Shown in pieces: positions 18,638 through 25,870 of a stretch of 34,965 bases of DNA (its first letter is position 1; the number at the start of each line of letters is the position of its first letter). The position numbers were made by a program, and so were the translations under genes. The notes under the pieces are model-generated. The model was not told where the DNA came from. It searched no databases and worked only from the letters and a program-made list of their open reading frames with translations. The stretch comes from a virus (Duplodnaviria > Caudoviricetes), in IMG/VR virus record IMGVR_UViG_3300030104_001475, positions 1-34,965 of that record. One strand, written 5' to 3'.

Positions 18638-18718
18638 AAAAAAATAACCAACAGCGACTAACTGTTGGCTATCTTACTAACTAACTAAAAACAAGTGTAT
18701 TATGAAAACACTTTTCTA
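18638..18718 (-). ncRNA. Candidate 3'-UTR antisense sRNA 1 with intrinsic terminator
   Basis: Contains GUGUUUUCAU and UUUUUAGUUAGUUAGU, complementary to early-gene leaders and starts. Hairpin at 18644-18672 followed by a U-tract. Confidence 0.5.
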
Positions 18719-18919
18719 TTAAACCTTTACATAGGTTTTAAATCTTAATATCTTATTTATAATAGACTGACTTACTTTATACACAGACGCTAACTGATGT
18801 TGCGTGTATTTACCTGATTTGTAGTCTGCTCTTATTTGCTCGGCTTCATCATAAGTGAATTTGCGTTTAGCATATCCACCACCTCGCATATCTTTTCTTT
18901 CATATATATTTATACTCAT
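18719..18919 (-). CDS. Small helix-turn-helix DNA-binding protein
   Basis: TQHQLASVYKVSQSIINKIL HTH. Confidence 0.75.
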   Translation of the reverse strand: MSINIYERKDMRGGGYAKRKFTYDEAEQIRADYKSGKYTQHQLASVYKVSQSIINKILRFKTYVKV

Positions 18920-19311
18920 AGTTTTTTATTAAAATAATCATCAATTACTTGTATACTCTCATCTAACCCTTTAGTAACCCTAGCACAATACCCTTGCTCG
19001 TTGAGGTATGCTATCCACTCTTTCTGCTCTTTAGTTGGATAAGATTTTTTATCCTTCTTTATTTCTAAAAACAATCCGTGGTAGACACCCCCCCCCTCTA
19101 TAGTACCCCCCTCCTTACCTGCCCCCCTCTCCATAGGGACACAGATTTGTAAGTCAGGAAATCCTTTTACATATCCTGTAGCCTTTGCTTTTACTGCCTG
19201 TTTATATGAGGTTCTAATGCCTCCTAAACTAGCACAGTATCTAGCCTTTGGGTATCTAATCTTTAGATACTTTACGACTCCTTTTTGTACTTCTGCTTCT
19301 TGGTCTTTCAA
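18916..19311 (-). CDS. VRR-NUC family nuclease (Holliday junction resolvase-like)
   Basis: GFPDL...GLFLEIK...PTKEQKEW..L.EQGY, a PD-(D/E)xK motif set. Confidence 0.85.
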   Translation of the reverse strand: MKDQEAEVQKGVVKYLKIRYPKARYCASLGGIRTSYKQAVKAKATGYVKGFPDLQICVPMERGAGKEGGTIEGGGVYHGLFLEIKKDKKSYPTKEQKEWIAYLNEQGYCARVTKGLDESIQVIDDYFNKKL

Positions 19312-19492
19312 TGAGTTTAGTTTTAAGACAGGCTTTAATATCTTTATCTAATTCTTTAGCCTTATCGTTTAGTTTTGTATCTAACTCTATTAAACCTAAC
19401 TCTAAATCAAACATCTCATCTTGCAATGATTTGATTCTTAAGTTTAAATAAATTGCATACAAAGTAACAAAAATAAATAAAATAGTTTCCAT
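19256..19492 (-). CDS. Small protein with N-terminal TM helix and coiled coil
   Basis: 78-aa ORF in the operon. Confidence 0.65.
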   Translation of the reverse strand: METILFIFVTLYAIYLNLRIKSLQDEMFDLELGLIELDTKLNDKAKELDKDIKACLKTKLIERPRSRSTKRSRKVSKD

Positions 19493-19505
19493 AATCTTTT
19501 TTTAA

Positions 19506-19745
19506 TTAATAACTTGTGAATCCATATTGACCCTCAACATAGATATTTCTAAATGTTATTTCAATATCTTTCTTTCTTGACTTGCATTGTCTTTTAATTC
19601 TTTCGTTCAATGTCTTGTCTTTTTTTATTAGTTCAACATCATTTGTTAATACAAATGTATCTATTTTTCCATATTTATAAGCCCTTACCGAGCCTTTAGC
19701 CCTGTAGCCATACTCTACAATAACCCTAAATATAGGGCTAGGCAT
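19506..19745 (-). CDS. Hypothetical basic protein
   Basis: 79-aa ORF with coupled start/stop. Confidence 0.7.
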   Translation of the reverse strand: MPSPIFRVIVEYGYRAKGSVRAYKYGKIDTFVLTNDVELIKKDKTLNERIKRQCKSRKKDIEITFRNIYVEGQYGFTSY

Positions 19746-19962
19746 CTTTATTTTTTAGTTCATCTATTTTTTCTAACTCAAACTCTAAATGTGCTATTGC
19801 TTTTTTAATGCACTCTGTAGGTTTTGCGTGTTTCTTTTCTGCTCTTAACAAATAAGTAACAGCAGTTCCTATATTGTAGGATAAATCAAATCCTGAAACA
19901 ACCTTTCTTGCTTCATAACCATTGCTTCCAATGTAATAATGTGGTATTTTACTTCTTATCAT
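19738..19962 (-). CDS. DUF3310-like protein
   Basis: PHYY..YEA..YNIGTAVTYLLRA.KK..ECIKKAI.HL. Confidence 0.75.
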   Translation of the reverse strand: MIRSKIPHYYIGSNGYEARKVVSGFDLSYNIGTAVTYLLRAEKKHAKPTECIKKAIAHLEFELEKIDELKNKDA

Positions 19963-20146
19963 TTTCTTTGTATTTATAATCGCTATGCAGCCCTCCTGTC
20001 CTTGTTATGTGTTTCTCTTTCTTTTCCTGTTTTTCAATATTATCCTTCAGTTTTTCGTTGGGGTCTTGCCCTCTTAAGAATTTTTTAATAGGCTTTATCT
20101 CTAGCACTAAACAAAAAACTATAAATATTATTACAAATGTCATCAT
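19949..20146 (-). CDS. Small protein with N-terminal hydrophobic anchor
   Basis: 65-aa ORF in the operon. Confidence 0.6.
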   Translation of the reverse strand: MMTFVIIFIVFCLVLEIKPIKKFLRGQDPNEKLKDNIEKQEKKEKHITRTGGLHSDYKYKENDKK

Positions 20147-20157
20147 TTTATTATCTT

Positions 20158-20253
20158 TTATTCAATTTCATCATCAGCAAATGTAGTACAAAAAATGGCT
20201 TCTAATATACATATTATAATAATTATTAACCATATGCCTGTTAATATCATCAT
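20158..20253 (-). CDS. 31-aa hydrophobic peptide MMILTGIWLIIIIICILEAIFCTTFADDEIE
   Basis: ATGA overlap with the upstream stop. Fills the gap. Not in the ORF track. Confidence 0.55.
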   Translation of the reverse strand: MMILTGIWLIIIIICILEAIFCTTFADDEIE

Positions 20254-20828
20254 TTTCTTAAACTTTCTCCCTTAAAAAACACAACCAAACAAAGCCTTTT
20301 AATCCTGTCATATATTCTTTCTCCATATCTTTCTTTAATAGCACTAGCATCAAGATTAGATGTTAATAAAAGTGTTTTTAAATCATCCTCTGCCTCAAAA
20401 ATAGCGTTCTCTACAGCGTCTATTTTAGTTCCATAATCATTCACTATTTCCTCTGTGCCTATATCATCTATAACTATGTAGGGAGAAACAAACTCTTTAA
20501 CTGTATGTAGTTTTCTTGCTGCGATAGGTTTTAAAATTTTACCTTTTTTAGCGTTAAAAATCAAAGGTAGAACTCCTGTGATTATAACAGACTTACCTCT
20601 ACCACAATTTCCAATTAAAAACAACCCCTTACCTTGAGTGTCAGAAAGCCAACTTGCAACAGTATCGTATTCAGGCAAGTGCTTATACTCTGTAACGGTT
20701 TGGTCTACTAATAAAAAAGCCTCTTTAAATAATGCTAGGCACTCCTCATAAGTTCCAAAACTATATCGCTTATAACCTCTTACCTTTATATGTGTAGCGT
20801 TCTTTAATGTCTCTTGTAGTGTTCTCAT
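20250..20828 (-). CDS. DnaC/IstB-like AAA+ ATPase (helicase loader)
   Basis: Walker A GNCGRGKS, Walker B IDDIGTE, TSNL, and YGERIYDR..G.SLR. Confidence 0.88.
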   Translation of the reverse strand: MRTLQETLKNATHIKVRGYKRYSFGTYEECLALFKEAFLLVDQTVTEYKHLPEYDTVASWLSDTQGKGLFLIGNCGRGKSVIITGVLPLIFNAKKGKILKPIAARKLHTVKEFVSPYIVIDDIGTEEIVNDYGTKIDAVENAIFEAEDDLKTLLLTSNLDASAIKERYGERIYDRIKRLCLVVFFKGESLRK

Positions 20829-20829
20829 A

Positions 20830-21456
20830 TTAAAATGTTGTATAATCTTTATTGTCTAATATCTTTCTATTAGTTTTGTCTTTAGGAGCATTTCTTTCCC
20901 AATTTCTAACTGCAGCCTTCCAATCTTTCATAGAGTTTTTTCCAACCTTCCAACCATTGCTTTGGTAAAAATCAAAAAACTTTAAACTATCAACCCTATT
21001 GTTTCTTTCGGTACAATAAACTTCTACTTCATTTACAGTAGGCTTTTTAAACCTTTTAACTTTGACAGGGTTTCTTATCTCGCCCTCAAAACCTGCAACA
21101 TCTACAGGGCTTATACCTTCTATGTTATAAACATCATATTTGTCTAGCAGTTTAATTACTGCCTGATGAGGTCTTGAATTTTCATTAAGCGTTCCATATT
21201 GAAAGTCAATAAACTTTGGTATAAACCATTTATTACCCTTATCAAATATCTTTATCTGCTCTGCGAACACCTTACAAGCCTCTTTCTCGCTTATCTTACT
21301 GCCTATTCTAATTGAAGCAACCTCAAAATCTGTGTCCCATATTCCTGCGTGGTTGCAATCATCTAATATGTATAGCCATAATAGTTTAAACTTTGCAGGT
21401 AGGTTTCTTATAAAACCTTTTTTCCATTTGTCTGTGTCTGTAAATCTTTTTGCCAT
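20830..21456 (-). CDS. Replication initiator protein
   Basis: N-terminal HTH-like domain. C-terminal FKKPT..FFDFY.SNGWKVGKNSMKDWKAA. Lies directly upstream of the loader. Confidence 0.8.
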   Translation of the reverse strand: MAKRFTDTDKWKKGFIRNLPAKFKLLWLYILDDCNHAGIWDTDFEVASIRIGSKISEKEACKVFAEQIKIFDKGNKWFIPKFIDFQYGTLNENSRPHQAVIKLLDKYDVYNIEGISPVDVAGFEGEIRNPVKVKRFKKPTVNEVEVYCTERNNRVDSLKFFDFYQSNGWKVGKNSMKDWKAAVRNWERNAPKDKTNRKILDNKDYTTF

Positions 21457-21458
21457 AT

Positions 21459-21620
21459 CTATTTATTTTCTTTTTGTTTTTTATTAGCGTAATCACACGC
21501 TTCATTGTATTTTTTGTTGTCTGAATCAAATATGTAACTTACAAAATAATTATACCAATCTATTTTCTTTGGAAATATTTTTAACATATGATGCATTTTT
21601 ATTTTTTCTTTTTCAGTCAT
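21459..21620 (-). CDS. 53-aa hypothetical protein (MTEKEKIKMHH...)
   Basis: Fills the gap exactly between neighbouring genes. Not in the ORF track. Confidence 0.6.
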   Translation of the reverse strand: MTEKEKIKMHHMLKIFPKKIDWYNYFVSYIFDSDNKKYNEACDYANKKQKENK

Positions 21621-21622
21621 AA

Positions 21623-21814
21623 TTATATTTGTTTTAGTAGTTTGTCCATTCTTTTTTTTCTTTCCTCAAAAGGTAGTTCATCCCAATCATCAGGTTTGAT
21701 TACCCCCTCTGTAGCAAACACTATTCTCTCCTGAAATGCTAGTGCCTGTTTATCATCTTGATTTGCTAATGTTCCCATCTTAAGAAACATTTTCATAAAG
21801 TTTATTTTATCCAT
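21623..21814 (-). CDS. Hypothetical protein
   Basis: 63-aa ORF in the operon. Confidence 0.7.
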   Translation of the reverse strand: MDKINFMKMFLKMGTLANQDDKQALAFQERIVFATEGVIKPDDWDELPFEERKKRMDKLLKQI

Positions 21815-21816
21815 AA

Positions 21817-22917
21817 TTATTTGTTTTTGTTATAATCAATTAAGTATTGGTTTACTATCTGCTTGTGCTTTGTTGAGCCATCATAACTATCTGATATATC
21901 CTCATAATCCTCATCATCTAAAAAAGAATCATTCCACGCTTTTTCCTCATAATTCTCTGCAGAAAGTATATCACTATTACAATCAGGACAGAACTTATAG
22001 CCCTCAAACGAACTTTCTTTTAGCGTTTTGCATCCACAGTAATAACAAGTCTGATTGCCCTCATCATCATTTATAACCTCAACATCCTTTCCGTACCAAA
22101 AGTCCTCGTCTGCTCCACTCCAATCTCCCCATTTGCTATTGTAATTATAATTGCCATAACTATGTGTAAATCTATACTCAAACTTATTACAGCCTAATTC
22201 AGATATAAGTTTCTCCATCATTTGTCTGCAGTTATCTGCGTGTTCAAATTCTACAACCTCCTCATCTGAATGTGGAGCATAGTACCCACAACTCATATTA
22301 GCAACACATACGCCAATACCATTTTCTGCAAGTTGCCCTACATCTGTAATAGCCCCTGATGTTTCTGAATATCCGTGATGTTTAAGTATAGGGGCAATAG
22401 TCTTGCTAAACTTTTTACTGAATAGTTTGCCTGATATATTATTTACAAAATCTTTATTACCCCTTCTATCCCCTTGTAAACAATATCCTACATCTTTAAA
22501 CCAATCCATATCTGCTGCTCTGCTACCAACACAGCCAACCTCCTCTGAATGAAAGAAGGCACATTTAATTTTATCAAATTTCATTAGCATTTCTAGTGCT
22601 AACCATATACCTACCTTGTCATCTCCACCTACACCTACCTGCTTACCTGTTTCTGCATTAAATGCAAACAAGCAACCATCATCATCAAATACTTTGAAAA
22701 AGTCGTGTATGTCGTGAACTGTGTCTGTGTGAGCCACAACACAAGGGTATATATCTGACTCCCCTTTTGTTATATAAATATTGTTGTCTTTTACTTTTAC
22801 ATCTGCTTCAGGCACATTCTGTCTGCAAAAGTTAAATATATGTGCTATCATATTGAACTCATTACCACTTGTGGTTTGAACTGATAATAAATCAATAAGC
22901 AATTCCTTTTTAGTCAT
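21817..22917 (-). CDS. M20/M28-like zinc peptidase with C-terminal Zn ribbon and acidic tail
   Basis: HTDTVH, GGDDKVG, EEVG, DRRG and GYYAPHS..E metal-ligand motifs. CYYC...CPDC. Confidence 0.85.
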   Translation of the reverse strand: MTKKELLIDLLSVQTTSGNEFNMIAHIFNFCRQNVPEADVKVKDNNIYITKGESDIYPCVVAHTDTVHDIHDFFKVFDDDGCLFAFNAETGKQVGVGGDDKVGIWLALEMLMKFDKIKCAFFHSEEVGCVGSRAADMDWFKDVGYCLQGDRRGNKDFVNNISGKLFSKKFSKTIAPILKHHGYSETSGAITDVGQLAENGIGVCVANMSCGYYAPHSDEEVVEFEHADNCRQMMEKLISELGCNKFEYRFTHSYGNYNYNSKWGDWSGADEDFWYGKDVEVINDDEGNQTCYYCGCKTLKESSFEGYKFCPDCNSDILSAENYEEKAWNDSFLDDEDYEDISDSYDGSTKHKQIVNQYLIDYNKNK

Positions 22918-22984
22918 TAGCGTTTTCTTTTAGTTAGTAGTTAGTTAGTTGAATTAAAGAGTTATCTAACCCTTAAATTCTATA

Positions 22985-23016
22985 CAAAGATACGAATAAT
23001 ATTTGAATCTACCAAA
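22985..23016 (-). promoter_or_regulatory. Host-type early promoter TTTG-N20-TATCTTTG
   Basis: Bacteroidota consensus. Near-duplicate of 25707-25737. Confidence 0.8.
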
Positions 23017-23196
23017 TTATTTAGTAGTTTTTTTAATATTATTTAGTTTTTCTCTCAATTCTATAATTTGTAGTTTTAAATCAATATTATACTCTGAAAG
23101 TCTAGTGTTATCTGTTTTGGCTTTATCAAGCCTTATTCTTAATGTTTTTCTGTCTAGGTCAGAGTTAATACTGTTTAAAGGAATATAAGTTTCCAT
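23017..23196 (-). CDS. 59-aa coiled-coil protein (METYIPLNSINS...)
   Basis: ATG with A-rich leader, heptad pattern. Replaces the plus-strand shadow ORF. Confidence 0.65.
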   Translation of the reverse strand: METYIPLNSINSDLDRKTLRIRLDKAKTDNTRLSEYNIDLKLQIIELREKLNNIKKTTK

Positions 23197-23215
23197 ATAG
23201 TTAATTTAAGTTAAT

Positions 23216-23303
23216 AAAAAAGGAAGTGAGAGGGAATTGTAATCACACACAAAGTATAACTGCTCGGTTATTAATTAGAATTACTAACCCTCCCACAACC
23301 TAT
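23216..23303 (-). ncRNA. Structured RNA/terminator downstream of ssb
   Basis: Long outer stem AGGUUGUGGGAGGG / CCCUCUCACUUCCU, inner AUAAC-CGAGCA-GUUAU hairpin, then a U-tract. Confidence 0.45.
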
Positions 23304-23308
23304 GCTAT

Positions 23309-23566
23309 TTAAAATGGTAAATCATCATCATCTTTAGATGTTTTAGCATCTGCTGTTACCTCTTTTGGTGGCTCGTAAGTATTCTCATAAGCATAGTGAG
23401 TTGCTCCTTTTTCAGAAGGTTCTCTCCTTTCTGCTATAGTTATATTACACCAACCTTTTTTTGCTATTTTTTGCAAATCATCTACCTTAAAACTTGCGTT
23501 AAATAAATCTCCATATTGAGTAGTAACTTTTTTAATACTACTTGCTACATAATTTTTGTCTGCCAT
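23309..23566 (-). CDS. Single-stranded DNA-binding protein (small phage type)
   Basis: Acidic C-terminal DDDDLPF tail. Lies in the recombination module. Confidence 0.7.
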   Translation of the reverse strand: MADKNYVASSIKKVTTQYGDLFNASFKVDDLQKIAKKGWCNITIAERREPSEKGATHYAYENTYEPPKEVTADAKTSKDDDDLPF

Positions 23567-24000
23567 TTTTCTTTATTTTTAATTTTTAATTTATAATCAT
23601 TTTTCTTTTCTATTAAATCTTGTAGTCTAACCGACAACTCATCCATTTTTCTTTCCACCTCTTTTACTTCGTGAATATAGTAATTATCGTCTATCATTAA
23701 AAGGCTTTCTATTTCCTCATAATTTGCCTTATAAGACTTTAAAATCTTTACAAAGATATCGTGTTGCTGCATATTATGTATTATTGTTGCGTGATTTTTA
23801 TTAAGAATATACGCTATATCGTGATAGGTTAAGCGAAATATATTTCTTAAAAGACCACTATAAAGCCTTCTTGCGTCTACAACTTTTCTAATTCTGCTTT
23901 TGCCTTGCACAACAGACCAAGCCAAATTATATCTTTTGCATATTTCAGATTTAATTTTTTCATCTCTCTCTTTTGTGAACTCTAATTTATATCTATTCAT
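23545..24000 (-). CDS. DnaA C-terminal (domain IV)-like HTH protein with coiled coil
   Basis: KSRIRKVVDARR...TYHDIAYILNKNHATIIH. Confidence 0.75.
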   Translation of the reverse strand: MNRYKLEFTKERDEKIKSEICKRYNLAWSVVQGKSRIRKVVDARRLYSGLLRNIFRLTYHDIAYILNKNHATIIHNMQQHDIFVKILKSYKANYEEIESLLMIDDNYYIHEVKEVERKMDELSVRLQDLIEKKNDYKLKIKNKEKWQTKIM

Positions 24001-24310
24001 CTTTTGATATTTCTAACTTTAATATAGATTTAAATGGTTGAAAATTATCCTCTCCCTCTATTATTATATCCTCTCCTTTTAAATCAACCTCTATAATATC
24101 TATAACATCTTTAACATCTATATTTAGAAAGTTTGCAAATCTTTGCATTTGGTAATATCTTAAGTGATAAGGATTGTCTAGGTATTTTTCAATAGTTGAG
24201 CCTTTTATATTTAAAATTCTACCAAATCTTTGTTTTGATATTCCTCTTATTCTTAAGATTGCTTCAAGTTCGTTTCTTGAAGTTCTTACTTTTTCATAAT
24301 CATTTTTCAT
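23993..24310 (-). CDS. Cro/C1-type HTH protein
   Basis: GISKQRFGRILNIKGSTIEKY. Confidence 0.7.
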   Translation of the reverse strand: MKNDYEKVRTSRNELEAILRIRGISKQRFGRILNIKGSTIEKYLDNPYHLRYYQMQRFANFLNIDVKDVIDIIEVDLKGEDIIIEGEDNFQPFKSILKLEISKDE

Positions 24311-24321
24311 TTTATTATATT

Positions 24322-24573
24322 TTAATTAAACATTCCGTCTTTAACCATCTTGTTATATTGGTCTTTAGGGTCTATAAGTTGTTGATTTTCTTTTAAATAA
24401 GGTATAATCTTATCTGCATCAACATCTGTTAAACTATCAAGACTTTTGTATATTTTGTCTTTTTCTGATTGCTCTATACAAGTGTATGGTAAGAGGTTCT
24501 CAATATATCCTATTTTCCACCATTCTGCTTCTAATGGTTTACCATCAAGAACCTCATCCATCCAATCACTCAT
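24322..24573 (-). CDS. Hypothetical protein
   Basis: 83-aa ORF, coupled to the upstream gene. Confidence 0.7.
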   Translation of the reverse strand: MSDWMDEVLDGKPLEAEWWKIGYIENLLPYTCIEQSEKDKIYKSLDSLTDVDADKIIPYLKENQQLIDPKDQYNKMVKDGMFN

Positions 24574-24998
24574 TAGTCTACAATTTCATCTTGACCAAAT
24601 ACTCCTTGCTCGTAGAATCCTGCAATCTTAAGAACTACTCTACTCATTGCTCTTTTTTCAGCCATAGCAACAGGAAACTTTTTACCACCACCCATTAAGT
24701 TAGAGTCTGATGCCTCTCCAAAACTCATCATATTTCTAACATCTTGCTCTCCACTTCCTGTTCTCATACTTGCTGTTGCCCTTATAACAACCCATTCTTG
24801 AGTCATCATAACAGGCTCATACGCAACCTGTATGTTTAGGCTAGAAACAATCTTATCTATACCTGTTCTTGTTATTATTACAAATCCTCTCTTGTCTTTG
24901 TAAACATCCTCTTTAACCAAGTTGTGTGCTAAAAATAATCTTTTTAAAGCATCCTCTTTAGTTTCTTTTACTGCTGTAGTGTTTTCAACTTTTTTCAT
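24573..24998 (-). CDS. Putative single-strand annealing protein (Rad52/Sak-like)
   Basis: SFGEA...AMAEKRAMSRVVLK motif. Lies upstream of ssb. Confidence 0.6.
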   Translation of the reverse strand: MKKVENTTAVKETKEDALKRLFLAHNLVKEDVYKDKRGFVIITRTGIDKIVSSLNIQVAYEPVMMTQEWVVIRATASMRTGSGEQDVRNMMSFGEASDSNLMGGGKKFPVAMAEKRAMSRVVLKIAGFYEQGVFGQDEIVD

Positions 24999-25020
24999 TT
25001 TTAAAAAATTTAATTAATAA

Positions 25021-25314
25021 TTAGTTTAATATTGATTCTATAAAGTTCTTAAGCCTAGAATCAAAGCCTTTTTTATTTTTAATATCATTAAGCCTGTAAT
25101 TAACTATAGTAGCCATCTTAACCCCTCCATCTGATTTTTTATATCTAGTTGGGACTTCGGTTGGTATAGATGTTATGTCGTGCCCTTGCTTTCTTAATCT
25201 ATGTATAATGCCTGACAATCTGTATGCCCCATACTCGTTAATAGCCTCTTTTTGTGTTAGTTTTCTACCATCTTTTAAGTGTTGTAGAATATCACTCGTT
25301 TGTGTTTTAGTCAT
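25021..25314 (-). CDS. Winged-helix DNA-binding protein (HTH_39-like)
   Basis: ILQHL..G..LT..EA...GAYRLSGIIHRLRKQG. Confidence 0.75.
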   Translation of the reverse strand: MTKTQTSDILQHLKDGRKLTQKEAINEYGAYRLSGIIHRLRKQGHDITSIPTEVPTRYKKSDGGVKMATIVNYRLNDIKNKKGFDSRLKNFIESILN

Positions 25315-25456
25315 TTTGAAATAGTTTAGTTAATTTTCTTTTAAATATTTTGCTGTCGTATGTCTTGCCTGAATATTTAAAGTAATCACAAAGATTAATT
25401 GTATTACTTTTGTTTTGTGTTTTTTTTATATAATCTTTTATAAGACTATCTCTCAT
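25307..25456 (-). CDS. 49-aa basic hypothetical protein (MRDSLIKDY...)
   Basis: Overlaps both neighbours by a few nt. Not in the ORF track. Confidence 0.55.
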   Translation of the reverse strand: MRDSLIKDYIKKTQNKSNTINLCDYFKYSGKTYDSKIFKRKLTKLFQND

Positions 25457-25661
25457 CTCTTTCTCCATCTGCCATCATCTCAAGATAATTTTCTCTTTGT
25501 ATTTCCTCATACTCATAATCCTCTATAGGTTCACAATGTTCTTTACAGTCAGAACACACATCTGTATCGTCATATAATACAGACCCACAGCAATTACTTA
25601 CCATATTATATCCATATCCGTCGTCTATAGGGTTGCTTAACTTCCAATCGTCATAATTCAT
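25446..25661 (-). CDS. Small acidic Cys-rich (Zn-binding) early protein
   Basis: SNCCG...CSDCKEHC. Confidence 0.75.
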   Translation of the reverse strand: MNYDDWKLSNPIDDGYGYNMVSNCCGSVLYDDTDVCSDCKEHCEPIEDYEYEEIQRENYLEMMADGERDER

Positions 25662-25706
25662 AATAGTTAGTGTTTTAGTTAATAGTTAGTTAGTTAAAAT
25701 TCTATG

Positions 25707-25737
25707 CAAAGATACAACAATTTTTTAAACTACCAAA
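25707..25737 (-). promoter_or_regulatory. Host-type early promoter TTTG-N19-TATCTTTG
   Basis: Bacteroidota consensus. Confidence 0.8.
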
Positions 25738-25816
25738 ATATTTAGCAAGTTTTTTCTAAAAAATATATAATTTCTTGTTATTTACCCTAGTATTTAACTT
25801 TAACCATATCTTTATA

Positions 25817-25846
25817 TTTATCTTTAAGAGTATGGAATACCCTATA
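25817..25846. repeat. Iteron-like site B
   Basis: TTTATCTTTAAGAGTATGGAATACCCTATA followed by two TTAAGGGTT copies. Confidence 0.75.
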
Positions 25847-25870
25847 TTAAGGGTTATTTAAGGGTTTATT

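Noticed and set aside
23216-23303. Self-cleaving ribozyme or tRNA
   Set aside because: I could not see a hammerhead, twister or HDV core, or a cloverleaf with T/D loops. Kept only as a structured RNA candidate.
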